Below are positions 12,040 to 25,221 of a stretch of DNA of 64,000 nt, in pieces. How positions within the stretch are numbered: the first letter of the stretch is position 1; every line of letters begins with the position of its first letter. The position numbers were made by a program, and so were the translations under genes. The DNA comes from Gonapodya sp. JEL0774 (lineage: Eukaryota), in NCBI GenBank assembly GCA_027604505.1, contig JADIIX010000028.1:124001-188000 (forward strand), in the 5' to 3' direction. The notes under the pieces were generated by a model, which was not told the DNA's origin, searched no databases, and saw only the letters and a list, made by a program, of their open reading frames with translations.

Positions 12040-14337
12040 ATGGTTCCAAGACCAACGCTCGCTCACTCGCTCCAACTGCTTTCACGGTCTCTCCGTTCAT
12101 TCATTTGCCCTTGTCTTGCTGAATCTCGTCATACTACGAATCGCCGCCCTTCCCAATCATCTTCGATCACCCGCAGCAAAGAGTTTTCCACCACTGTTTG
12201 TCAACAGCTAGAAATGTCCACAACGTCGAACGCAAAATCAATGAAACTGGACTCATCTGTTCTGGCAACAGAGTTCATGGACTTTGTGTCCAACGTGGGT
12301 GGCCATTTCGATCTTTGGTAGCGGAGCTAACATACCTGTAAAATTTGGAATCCTCAGTCGCCGTCCCCGTTCCACGCAGTGGCTAACGCTGCAAAGCTCT
12401 TGCTTGCAGCTGGCTTCACGGAGATACGCGAGCGGGACAGCTGGTCAGGAAAGCTTGCTCCGGGTGGCAAGTACTTCTTCACTCGGTGAGTACTGTCCCA
12501 TTCAACCGTACATCCGACAGGAACTCGGGGACAGTTCTTCGGAAGCGAACCGTCTGTCTGTGAATTTCCAATGCCTAAACGTGTTTTCTCATCACATGTT
12601 ATCACCAGCAACCACTCCTCTATCCTCGCTTTCTCCCTTCCACAGTCATTCACGCCCACCAAGCCCTCGTTCGCCATTTACGGTGCCCACACAGACTCCC
12701 CCTGTCTAAAACTTAAGCCTATCTCGAAGAAGGAAAAGGTTGGGTACCTTGAAGTCGGAGTGCAGACCTATGGAGGTGGTTTGTGGAATACTTGGTTCGA
12801 CAGGGACTTGGGCGTAGCGGGAAGGTTGGTGGTGGAGGGGAAAAACGGCGCAGTGGAACATAAGCTCGTGAAAATCAACAAGTAAGCTATATGGTCGAAC
12901 GGATCGCGGATCGGCCTGTGCAGCTGACCACCACCCTTGGCATCGCGCAGACCCATTCTCCGTATCCCGACTCTCGCTATCCATCTTGACCGTACTGTTG
13001 ACAGTGAGGGCTTCAAGTTTAACAAGGAGCTTCAGCTTCTACCCGTTCTTGGTGCGGTTACCCCAAAAGTGCCCAAGGCATCGGAACTGCCAAAACCCGT
13101 AGAAGTAAAAGAGGAGGTACTTGCGTATGAGCGACACCACAAAGCCCTGGTGGACATGTTGGTGGAGGAATGCGGGATCGCTTGTGGGTTATCCTGAATG
13201 ATGGTGATTACCGCGCGCTCCTCCACGTCCTCCTCCTCATCCCTCAGCGGCGTCCGACCTTCTGGACCTCGAACTCTGTCTCTACGACACTCAACCTGCT
13301 ACTCGTGGTGGAGTCTACGGAGAGTACATCTTCTCTGCTCGGTTGGACAACCTCTGCATGTCGTGGTGTGGGATCAAGGTAAGCTGAATCCGAGTTTTCG
13401 TTCAATGCCATGTGCCAAGGCGAACATCATCAATGGACTACATTCAATATCGTTGCACCCTCTCTGCAGGCTCTGATACTCGACACCACCTCCTCCACTG
13501 CAGCCTCGTCCGCGGTCCGAGTTGTATCTCTCTTTGATAACGAGGAGGTGGGATCGACCTCCGCGTTCGGTGCCGATAGTCACTTCCTTGAGGCCACGCT
13601 CAGGAGGATAGTAGCCGGGGCTGGGGCGACGGGACCGGTGAGTGGACTCCGCTGAATATAGTTGCGAGATGTACTGACATGTGGACCTATTCTGTCCTCC
13701 ATCACAACTTTTCTGCGCGCGTAGACGGCATTCGAGGAATCGATCCATCGGTCGTTCTTAATCTCGGCGGACATGGCACATGCAGTGCATCCAAACTACG
13801 CGTGAGTCGGCCAATCATGCGTCCCGCTTATTGCTGTCCCCATCACTCATCGGCGTGCACGCCTTTTGTACGCTTTATGCCTACCTGGTGACACAGTGAC
13901 AAGCACGAAGATTTGCACAGACCTCAGATCAACAAGGGACCCGTGATCAAGACCAACGCCAATCAAAGGTACGCGACGACAGGAGTGACGGCCGCAGTGA
14001 TTAGGAGAATCGGCAAGACTGTGGGAGTGCCAGTGCAGGTACGTATTTTCGTGTAGTGACTTCAGCAAGCTTCGTGTAGTTACACCGGACGTGTGGTTTT
14101 TCGGAATTGTAGGAGTTCGTCGTCCGCAACGACTCTCCGTGTGGTTCCACGATCGGTCCCCTTCTTTCAGCCAAACTAGGCCTCCGGACGGTCGATATTG
14201 GCAACCCGCAATTATCAATGCACAGTATCCGAGAAATGGGAGGCGTGGAGGACCTCATTTACTCCGTCAGCTTGGTGGCCGAATACTTTGGTACATGGGA
14301 AGATTTGGACGGGGACGTTTCTGGTGCAGCTTTATGA
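12040..14337 (+). CDS. APE4: Aspartyl aminopeptidase (peptidase M18)
   Basis: SPSPFHAV, GAHTDSPCLKLKP, YGGGLWNTWFDRDLGVAGR, RIPTLAIHL, RLDNL, FDNEEVGS, SADMAHAVHPNY, DSPCGSTIGP and QLSMHSIRE; TGA at 14335-14337. Confidence 0.95.
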
Positions 14338-14813
14338 GGAGACTGGGGAAATTCTTCGACGTGAAAGGGGACAAACGTGACGTGGGATAATTTGGGACTT
14401 GGCCATCGGTTTGAGCAAACAAACCCGAATTTAGTTCGCAAAGGTCGTCAAATGATTTGGTGGGGGGTTGAGGGGGACATACATAAGTCGGGAACTGGTG
14501 GGGGTGTGACCGTCATCGGCGATCATGCCCAAGAGTTGAATTTGGTGACTGTCGAAACAGAATAACAGCACACCCTGCACACCCTCAATAACACACATGG
14601 AGACCGCGATCAGCCAGATTGTCAGCTCAATTTTTAGTGTTACTCGAACGCATCTGTTTTGTTTGATCGGATCGAGCGGATGAGCGGGGCTGCCTGAGCG
14701 GCATGGACCCGCACAATTCCGGCACAACACCCCATTTGAACAAACACTGATCCGACGCGCAGTAGTTATTTCTCGGACTCACGGATTCATCACACACCGC
14801 ATCATAGAAGCCA

Positions 14814-17069
14814 ATGTCTACTGCTCCGTTTGCATCGGCCTTATCCCGGTCTCAGTCAGAGGAAACCGTGTCTGCTCTTTCCAACGGACCCGTGGCAAAG
14901 GCTGCAGACCCGCTTGCTGGCATCCAATGGGTCCGAGCGGGATTTTGTCTGAACAAGTGAGAAATGAGTTCAGACTGGAGTCGGTGCATCCTTGAGATGA
15001 CTCTGGTTCTCACTGACGGAATGTTCCTATTTTTTCGTGTAGCAACAACGTCATGTCGGTTGTTTTCCCGGTACACCGATTGGAGAAGCTCAGCAAGACT
15101 GGACTCGGGAAACCATATGCTCTCTTCCAAACTCCCGTCATGGTAGGTGACGAAGGGTTTGGCGCGCTGGCCAGGGGGCAGGGCATCGAGGAGTGAGAGG
15201 AGCAGGCGGACTTGTGGTGATCAGGGACCGCGCAACTCACCCGGGAACTATTTTTTCTTTTCTCTATCATTTCTAGTATGACACGATAACACCAGGTGCC
15301 GGCCTCGGCTGTGTTGGCGAAGTCAACTGTGTTCCCCAACTGGATACTCTTCGTGTGCTGCCGTGGCAGCCAAACACAGCAATGGCTCTTGCCGAGTTTT
15401 ACACTCGTGAAACTTCCAAAGGTAGGCTTTCAAGGTCACATCTATTGAGAAACCGCTGATCTCACAAGATGTTTTCGATAGATTCCGTCTCTGGTTCTCC
15501 GACGCCGTACTGCCCCCGTTCTTTCCTCAAGAGACAACTCGCGGCATTGAAAGCCGAGACCGGACTGACCGTTCGTTTAATAGTCCTGTTTTAGTAATGC
15601 TCGTGGCTAATATTGTTGCTTTTTGACGATCCACATACAGCCTGTGGTGGGCCTTGAAGTCGAGTTTATGCTGTTCAAGGGCTACGACCCGGTGACCAAA
15701 CTTCCCGTGAAGCTCGAGTAAGTATTCAATAGCGCTCAAAAATGCAGCATATAACTTGACGCGAGTCTTTGTCGTTTTTGCAACAGTGACTTGTGAGATT
15801 CTCTTGTACACCTCGAGCAGCGCACTACTTTTGAGACTGAAGTGTTTCTCCACATCTTTTTACCAGCATGTATTGCGAAGACAGAAGCTGGAGCGCTGTG
15901 GGCGGGAAAGTGCTCACAGAGGTTGCAGATACCCTCATGCAGGTATGTTAACGTAGTGTCTTCGTACAATCACCGTTGAATCACCGTCTAACTGGGCCTC
16001 CCTAGCTCGGTATTGAAGTGTACACTTACCACCCAGAAGCAGCCAGCGGCCAATACGAAATCTCCTTGGGACCGGTCCCCATGCTCCGCGCTGCAGACGA
16101 TATCCTTTTCGTTCGCCAAGCCTTACATGCGGTCGCTTCGAAATACGGTCTCAACGCGACGACCACACCCAAGCTCCAGTTAGATCAACCTGGTAACGGC
16201 GCCCACATGCACGTCTCCCTCGTTGACGAGCAAGGAAAGAACACCTTCCCCGATCCGACCGCCGAAAAGAAGTTCTCAAAGACATCGGAGAACTTCATCG
16301 CCGGTATCTTGGACCACATGGACGCGATTCCGGCCGTCTCCATGCCCAGCGTGAACTCGTACGCACGTGTGGCGAAGTCGATGTGGGCGTCGTACTACAT
16401 CACTTGGGTGAGTGTACTCGCAATCGCAAGCGAGTGAGAGAACAACACTATGGCGCTTCAGATCTCATCTTCGACTCTTCTGCTCTCATGTAGGGTTACG
16501 AGAACCGGGAGTGTACTGCTCGAATCGCCAGCCCGCCGTATGGAGGTGCGTTTCTTCTTACGGGCACGCTCTACGAGTTGCTCACATTCCAATTCGACCC
16601 ACTCAAATTCCGACACAGGTTCCTACAACAACGTCGAATTCCGCCCGCACGATGGTTCCGCGAATCCATACCTCGCTTTTGGCACATACGTTGCCGCAGG
16701 GTTGGACGGTATCCGCCGAAAATTGGAGCTTGGTGTCGACATGAAAGATGATCCGGCAGAATTGCCCGACGAAGAAATTGCAAAGCTCGGATTGAGGTCC
16801 CTCCCCAATTCTCTGCCAGAGGCATTAGATAATCTCGCCAAGGATCAGGTAAATTTTTGTAGTCTGATATCATGTTCTCTGTTGCGCGTAGCAGTTCAAA
16901 TGGTGACGATCAATCGGATTTTCCTTCCGCAATTCCTTTACAGGTCCTTATGGACGCCATGGGTCCCGATATGTACAAGGTCTACAACGCCGTCAAGCGC
17001 TTCGAGTACGACACCGTTTCCAAGTGGCCCATCGAGGACCAAATTAAGCTCTACACGTCGCGGTATTAG
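14814..17069 (+). CDS. Glutamine synthetase type I-like protein (FluG C-terminal / gamma-glutamyl-amine ligase-like)
   Basis: GLEVEFMLF, YHPEAASGQYEISL, GNGAHMHVSL, PSVNSYAR, WGYENRE and NVEFRPHDGSANPYL. No N-terminal amidohydrolase domain is seen. Confidence 0.88.
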
Positions 17070-17558
17070 ATCGCGGGTGGGGCAGTGCAAAGTTCGTGCT
17101 TCACGCCGCTGGGCTGCAAGTTGGGATTAGAATATGTGATTATAGTTTTGTGTATGTACCATGTTACAACATCAAAGAGCCCGTTCCACTTAGAAGTTAG
17201 AATGAAAGAAATTCCTGATTGTCCAGATATCGCGGCGCGTAAGGAGAAATTGTTCTCAAGTTTTCAAGGACAGCAAGGTGGCGTGACTATAATTACCGAA
17301 TATTCTCAAAGGTACGTTGTGAACTAGTCGGGTGCTGGTTCTCCGAACTCCATAGCAGTGACAAAAATAAGATCCCACCATAGCAGAGAAATGTGATTGT
17401 GATCCTCTTATCTCTTAGTATGAATTCGGGAGGATGATCTGCAGTAATTCCCGTTCGAATCAGACAACGAATGAACGTCTCCCTTCCGCAGTGTCTTTCA
17501 ATTACCCCACAATGCTATTATTATTAGTCCAGTAGTCGCTATATATGCCCCTAACCGT

Positions 17559-20418
17559 TCACCTCAAACTCCACACCGTGCCCAACACCGCCATCAAGCT
17601 TCCCCACAACACCAAAACCCAGCACACAGCCCTCTCCCACGACTCGGCACGCACTTCATATCCACTTCCCTTTCCGTAGTAGCCGCCGGAACCACTGCTG
17701 AGAGAGAGAAAACATGCACAAGGGAAAACAACGGACACAGTGAAAGAGAAGAGAGAGCCCAGCAGACCCATGACACGGTGGAAACCGGGGAAGAGGATCT
17801 AAAGAGAGAGGGAATGGAGTAAATGTTGATTCGGTAAGGGGTTGGAAGTGAAAGGCGTCCTCCTTCAAAGTTCAAGAGGCTCATGCACTTACAGCGATGC
17901 ACACGGCGACAAAAGACGTAGCGGAGCGGAGGAGAACCCGGAGGAAGCGACGGATGCGGCTGTGTGGTGGTACCCAGGATGGGAAGAGGAGGAGCTCGAA
18001 AGAGATATTCACAGGATTAATGGAGAGGCCGAACTTAATGAAAAATTTGCGACCAATGGGTGGGAAGCGAATCGATGAACAGATGAGTGTATAATAATCT
18101 CCCAAGCGTATTTGCAAATCACATACTTTCGTGAGGGGATTGATGGCGATAAGGATTATGGTCGTCCTTGTGAGTGCAGGGTTGAAGGTGGGGACGGTAG
18201 GGAGGTTTTGAGTGATCTAAAATGAAAGGGTAGTGCGTTACACAGAGTGGAGATGAGCACGACTGGGGAGGGCCGCACACGGATGTGGTGAAACGTGACG
18301 ATAGGGTAACCACCACAGTGTGCTCATAATTATCAATCCTTGTAAACGATCGCCTCCTCATAATCTCCAGCAATCCGCAATTTCAAATCGTTTGTACCCA
18401 CCTCCTGCATCGCCCCCGCACCAAACATGATGTATCCTGCCACGCCAAGCATAGTTGACAAAATGGTCACGATGGTGAAGGTGACGGTGACCATGGTGGG
18501 ATACTCGGATGGGTTAGCCATGTCGCGGTACTTGATGGTAGCGGAGGGGGAGAGGGAAGAGCGACGTAAGGGACCAGCGGGGGAGCCATGTACGGCCACA
18601 AACAAGTACCCACGATGTTGGGGAAGGTAGCGTGGCCACTGTATCCCGCCATGACCAAACCTACAGACATAGGTAGGTCGAACCACGGGCCACCTGGCCG
18701 ATCGGCGGGAATGAGCCACTGAACAGTGGGGCTGGGGTGGGTGAGGGAACCTGGTGGCGTGGTGGTGGTGAGACCAGAATAAAGGACAATGGTGATGAGG
18801 AAGATGATGGACTTGAGGGTTCAAAGTGGGGACACAGTGTTACGTGGCAATTTGGATTGGTTCATGTGAAGGAATATAATGTAGTGATTAGAGAGGGAGG
18901 AGCAAAAAGCCGGACGGAATTCAACCAACCACAATTCCGACCAAGCTCCCATAACTCAGCAATCGCGTCCCCTTGCCCAATGTCGTGACACCCATCACTA
19001 ATCCCACCCCAATTTTGATGTAGATCAAATCCCACTCAGGTTTCAGAGCCTGGATGGAGTCCGAGGCGAGAATGACCAAGGCGACAGACGCAGTGAGAAG
19101 TTCAATGATGAAGAGAATGGAGATGGAGATACGCCCACGAGGACCGAACGACGCGTGGCCGAGGTCGGCGTAGGTTTGCACTGAGCACACCAGACAGGCG
19201 ATGGCGAATTGATGGGGCGTTTTGCAGCGCAAAGCAAAAAAACAGACCCAATAAGCGGTGTTGAGTTCGATTATCGTGTCAGAACAGTTACTCCCGAACA
19301 CACCATCGTCTGACATACACCGAATCAGGATCCTCGCCGTAAAGTTTGTGACGAGGGCAAGTACGATGCTCTCAGTGACACCAACAGCCACAGACGTCAG
19401 GGCAAAAGCGAAGGGCAATGAGAGAATGCCTTGCGCGATCAGCAGAAAGTTAATCAGAACCATTTCGAGGGGAACAAGTTGGGTGACATCAAGTGCACCC
19501 ACCTATCCCCATCAAGATGTTAATGGCGTTAAAGCAAGTCTGCGCAAAAGTGCTTTTGATATCTTCTCCGACAACACCGTGTCCGCCATCGTGTCCAAGC
19601 CCGTCATACGCTTTCGAGCTGTCTATCGCCACTTCTTCTTCCGCCGCGGTCGCGAGCAATGGTGTGGTTTCGTCCACACTACGGTTGGACGAAGAAGGTG
19701 CAGCAGGAGCCATTGGGGGGAGGCCGGTCGCTGATACAATCGGTGGTGTGTTGGTCCGTTTCGGGACAACCGAGGACCGGCGGCGCGAGCCACTGAAATT
19801 GGCACTTGCTGGACTACCAGCGCCAGGAGATGATGCAATCAGAGAAGGGCGACGGGGTGGTGGCCCACCGAGAGTGGAAAGCGGGCCAGCCGGGTAGTAG
19901 GACCCAGATGTGTGTGATGACGTGGAGCGGTTCGAGTCTGTGCGATGTCGTGAGAAACGAGAGACCGAGACAGGCGATGACCCGAAAGTGGCAGGAGCGA
20001 TGGAGGAACCTCTACGAGAACTGTTTTGGTTCTGGTCCTGCCATGGGTTTCCAAAGTACATGTGGTTGAGGTTGTCCGCGGACTCTTCGTCAAACTCCTC
20101 TTCGTCGCCATCGTCAGTGCTGCCCGTCTCGACGTCCACCTCCTCCTCGAGCGTGTCGAGGCCATTTCTGGCGGCTCCACCGGCGAGCGGAGCAACGATT
20201 GCGGACTCGTGTTCCCAAAAATTTGACTCGACAGATCGTCTGTAGGAGCGAGAAAACGACGACAGCGCGGACGCCACATCCGGCAAAATAGACTGGCGAC
20301 GCTCCGCAGGCCGAGTTTGCGGGGTTGCTGTCTGAGATGCTGTCGCAGGAGTTGCCGGTTCTTGGTGCTGCAGTCCGTTGGGTCCAATCGCCGCGTTGGT
20401 CGCAGAAGCCGACGACAT
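17559..20418 (-). CDS. Amino-acid transporter, AAAP family (vacuolar AVT1-like)
   Basis: Long S-rich N-terminus, then STFAQTCFNAINILMGIG|ILSLPFAF, TYADLGHASFG, GLVMAGYSGHATFPNI and GYIMFG, with several further hydrophobic TM exons. Confidence 0.9.
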
Positions 20419-20750
20419 CGTGTTGATTCTGTTTCCTTTTCGGACAAAGATCGATGTGAAAATTGGTCGTCACAATGTCTGAGTTGTAAGTTAGAAGTTT
20501 TGACTTCCTTGTCCGCATACCCGCGCGGCCGCACTTTATCCGCCACTGCAGTGTTTGTCTCCCACAGCAATTCACGAGAATTCACAGTTTAGTTCTCCAA
20601 GTTCACGCCATCCCCAAATATGAACTGTGCGACTCATGCGCAACGATTTCCCTTGCCTCTACTTTCAAACTGCCAATTTCCACGTAAAAGTACAAAGACG
20701 ATATATGACACAATCCCTCCCAGGACTTATTCTACTCCTCACAAAAACCC

Positions 20751-22425
20751 TCACATCACCTTGCAGTTCTTATCTTCCCCAGAATCTGGCCCCGTTTTAC
20801 CCTTGGACGCCTGGTTCCTCTTCACTTCTACGATCTCCGCCTTATCCATCTCTCCACCGCGTGCCATGATCACCGAGATCTCGCGCAGGAGGACTTGCCA
20901 CGCCAAGATCTCCTTTTGCTTTTCTTCGTAGGGAATGTTGCGGACGTCGGTGATACCGTAAGTGCTGTGAGAATTTCAGTGGGTGGTGGATGAGCACGGA
21001 GCTTCATGGAAAAGATCATATCAACCACATTATATGGCGTCTCCGGAAACTCACACGGCCACCACCATCCTTTTGAAATCATTGAGTCCGATGCCTCCCA
21101 TCTCGTACTGGTGCTTCCAACCCAACAGCAATATATCAGTGACAACGCTCAACTGGTTCTTGCCAAACGAACGCTTCGAGTGCGCAACAATGCGCTCAAC
21201 GATCCCAGCTAACGGGAACGCAGATGGGTCTGGGTACAGACGCTTGTAGGCTGTTCCACGAAGAAGGAGTGGTCGGGGATCAAACAGGTCAGGTCGTGTG
21301 TGAAAGTGAAATGGGTAATATGACGCACCTGGGTTCTGGGAAAACAGGCATTCCATGGCAGATTTGCCCTGTTGTCATGGTGGCAAGAAACAGATACAGA
21401 ATCAAGAGATCAGTACATATCCATCTGTAGATGGATCCCGCATGTGCGATTTCGCCAAACCACAATCATCTCCCTGACACACCCGATCTGCAACTCACCA
21501 ACTTATCCACCAGTCCATCCTTTTTGATCGATGACCAGCTCGAAATCACAAGCTCCATCTGCTGTTTCGAAACGTCCACGGTGAGCTCCTTCCACGGACA
21601 CGCCTTCTTCGACTCCACCAGACTGTTCCAATCGAGCGAGTGGCCCAACGTCCCCTCCTTCTTCGCCGACGAGGACGAAATGCGCGAAAAGATGGAGGAT
21701 CTGCTCGATCTGCGTCTGGTCGATCCCATAGTGGCGGTGGCATCACCTTCCTTCACCTGACTTGACGTCTCCGTGTCCTCTTCCCCGCTCGCGATCGACG
21801 ACTCGTCCTCAGCCTCGTGAATAGACCGGATTGCGGACGTCATCGACGACCCGGTACCGGATTTGCGGCGCGAGAGAGACCCGGTGTGGTCCGCTTGGGG
21901 TTCTGCAGTCGACAAGGAGACGAAGGGGCAAAGAGCGGGCGTGGAGGGTGAGAAGGAGATCTGCTTGGAGGTACCCGAACCGAGCGCGGCAGACGTCTGT
22001 GATGCGTTACGTTCGAGCTCTTGTACCCGCGCCAGGAGGTCCATGTGGGCCACCTTCAAGTAGGCCACTTGATCGTGCAAGGTGACGGTGCTCGCCGAGA
22101 TGTCCGCATGGTGTCCAGCAAATGGTCTTTCCTTTGCAACCTCCTCTGCAGCTGTTAGAACCAAATTCGGGTGATGCAATGTGGTCGCAGACGACGCGTG
22201 CTTTCCCGCACCACCTGTCAGGGCGGCTGCCTTGAGAGCATCGTTCTCAGACCTGAGAGAGACGACTTGAGCCCTCAGTGAAATCAGCTCCGACAAAATT
22301 TCAGCGGATATAGAGGTGTCGGATGGTTGGGGTTGTGGATTATTGCCTGCCTGGTCGGTGAGATTGTACGAGGGCAAGGGAGGGAGAGTCGCCGGCTTGA
22401 GAAGGTCGATAGTTGGGGCAGCCAT
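20751..22425 (-). CDS. Coiled-coil + globin-domain protein with C-terminal CaaX (CKVM); exons 22425-21499, 21368-21329, 21250-21055, 20964-20751
   Basis: The spliced C-terminal half reads VSKQQMELVISSWSSIKKDGLVDKLGKSAMECLFSQNPAYKRLYPDPSAFPLAGIVERIVAH...ILLLGWKHQYEMGGIGLNDFKRMVVAVTYGITD...KEILAWQVLLREISVIMARG...DKNCKVM*. This matches the globin A-helix SW, C-helix P, F8 His (LGxKH), G helix and H-helix AW pattern. All introns are GT-AG and frame-consistent. Confidence 0.78.
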
Positions 22426-23495
22426 CGATTCGAATTGACGATAGGGAAAGATAGTGATTTTGGGTGCTGGGCGGGAGATTGTGGAGTGAATTGTGAGATT
22501 TATTATATCTGATTCCCTGATCATTTGAACTGACGTCACCTCGAGTGTCGAATCAAGCGATCCCAAAGAGCGCAGCAGGGCCAGCAGTAGCGCGAGCTCA
22601 CGTTCTCAAAGCAGCGACGTTTTCAAGATGAATCCTGGATCCTGCAGGGCATTTCAGTGATTCCACAGGGGTGGACCCCGTTGTGCGTGGTCCAGGCCAC
22701 ACCTCCCCCACCTTCGCCATTCTTCGCGAGTGAGTCAGACAAGGTCAGGCAGCCAGTGATCAATGATGAGCAGAACGTTCAAGGAGGGGGGAAAGCGTTT
22801 GTGGACGTATGCGGTTTGCGGTCGACAAGAATGTGTGGAGATGTGCTTGGGGACATTGATGTGCCCATACATCCGGGCTTGAATGAATGGAGTCCCGACC
22901 ACCATCACGATACAGTACCACCTTTGCATTCCACATTGGCAATCCGTAAATGAAAAGAGGATTGTGGCTGACACCCACAATGAGTTTATCTCCACTTCCT
23001 CACGTTAATATAACGTGGTTCACTAGCTCATGATCGGCGTCTCACCACAGTGCAATACGTCTAGAACAGCGCTTCCCCTACTATATATCTAAGGACGTGC
23101 TTGAGGCTACGTCGGTGATTGGTACACGCCCTAGTGCCCACCCGCACGTGATATTCCACCGCCAGATGAAGCAACCACAATGAAGTGCGAGTACTCGGAG
23201 GCACCTGCCACAGCATCCCTCGAAGAACGAACGGATACTTATGTAAGTCAACGACAACTGCCCAACGCAAGTATCAGACGACGCTCCCGACCACCGATTG
23301 GTCAAGATAAATTGGCAGAGCACCCTCACCCCCGATCCATCGCTCGCTTACAGCTTATAACAGATACGTGAAGCCACGCTCTTGTCGGGCGAGAAACTGG
23401 AAGAGAGTTGATGGTCAAGCTTGACCTCGGTCGTGCACGGTGCAAGCGCCCCTGTGCCGATCATCCCCAACCTCCATCCACCTCCCCAACCCACC

Positions 23496-24630
23496 ATGAC
23501 AGCCCTCACCCACGTCCACGCCGGCATGCGCCTTTTTCTCTCCCACGATGTTGCAGGATCGGTACGCGAGTTCGACGAGGCGGTGAGAGCGGACCCACGG
23601 TGGTCGAAGAGGGCGTGTGAGTTGGGTTAGGGGGATGGGGGGATTGAGGATGGTAAGATTGAATGGGAGTGGAAATGGGAAGGCGGATGCTCATTACGTG
23701 ACTCGTGACCGTACTTCGATCCGATCCAATCCTCCCGACACGACACGGCGCGACACAACCCGACCCGACCGACGACAGGGCAGCGAGGGTTGAGTTTGTA
23801 CTACCTCGAACGGTACGAGGAGGCGGCGGAGCAGTTTAGAGTGGATGTGGAGGGTGAGTACGGCGAGGGGAGGGGGATATGTCGTGTGGGTTAGGGAAGA
23901 GCGAAGGGAAACGGAGATGAAGAGGAAGTTGACCAGATGGACTATGGAGAGTGGATGATGTCACGATTGGCAATGGTGGAATCATACTGTACTGGAGGGC
24001 GGGGAAACGTCCTTGACTTGTCCGCGGTGGAAGCGAAGGGGACGGCCCAGTGTACGTGGCTAGGCAGGGCGAGGTTGTGTCGTAAGTTGCACATCGGAGG
24101 GGGTGAGGGGGTCTTGTCCGAGAAACCGGCGTCGTCGAGCTTGGTCTGGTGTTGGGTAATGGGACACAACCGACACTTCCCGCCGCCCCTCCGCCCCCCC
24201 CCCAGAGAACCCCTCCGACACCGAAGAATCCCTCTGGCACTTCCTTTCCCTCTCCCTCCTCCACTCCCCCTCCTACGCCCGCGCACACTGGCTCCCTGTC
24301 GGGACCGACCCCCGACCGGTCATGAGACGGGTGTACGAGGCGTACCTCAACTCCGACCCTTCGGCCGCCGCCGACGCAAACGCCGTGGCCGTGGAGGCCA
24401 TCTACCACGCGCTGACCCCAGGTGACCGACAGTCTCACGACGGGTTCTACGCGGCTCTTTACGCCGGACTGTGGCACGAGGCGTACCGAGGGAAGGGCAG
24501 CGAGAGGAGTAGAGAGTGGATGGGGAGGGCATTAGAGACTGAGTATGCGAGGGGGAAGGGCAAGGGGGATTATATGGTGGGGCTGGCGGAGGTGCATTGG
24601 AGGGTTAGGGGGTGGGGCGGGATGGGGTAA
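23496..24630 (+). CDS. TPR protein, NlpI-like family
   Basis: GMRLFLSHDVAGSVREFDEAVRADP, QRGLSLYYLERYEEAAEQFRVDV, NPSDTEESLWHFL, DPRPVMRRVY, FYAALYAGLWHEA and DYMVGLAEVH. Confidence 0.8.
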
Positions 24631-25221
24631 GGCGGATAGGGGGGTGGTCGATATGTAGATGGAAAGAGAGGACGAGGGGTAGGTGGGCAGAGGGGAAGGG
24701 CACAAAGCGACTGTGAAAAAAAGACAAGGGGATCGGCATTTCTCGGACGTGCCCAGAGAGCGGACCGAGAGGGGACGTTCGCAACCGAAGTGCCAAACAT
24801 GGGCCAGCGGTTCACCGTTTGTGGTGGTGCCGTCTTCGTGCCGTCTTCGTGCCGTATGAGCTGTAGTACTCGAATATTTGCGCGTAGAAATACCGTACAG
24901 AAAGATTTTTAGCGAACATGAGCATTAGTTAATACAAGCACTCCAATCTACGAGAAGAATTCGCCATCTTTGCGATTTTACATGTAAGCAACAATAAGAC
25001 GGTTATGCTCAGTGTCTTCAATAAGACGGTTATGCCAGTGTCTTATTCGGTTTCGACGCCAAGGACGTCGACACAGCGAAGTGCTCCTGGCGCTCGGTGG
25101 GCTATTTTATCTTCGCAATTCACCTTGAACCGTTTTATTTGTTTACACCGTGTAAGGTTCCTGAACCAGTTGCAATACATTATTTAAGGCGGCCGTACCA
25201 GCCGTGCACTCCTTCGCTGAT

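Noticed and set aside
24826..25048. Short tandem repeats (GTGCCGTCTTC x2.5; AATAAGACGGTTATGC.CAGTGTCTT x2) as a CRISPR-like array
   Set aside because: There are no spacers, only 2-3 units, and the context is eukaryotic; these look like ordinary slippage duplications.
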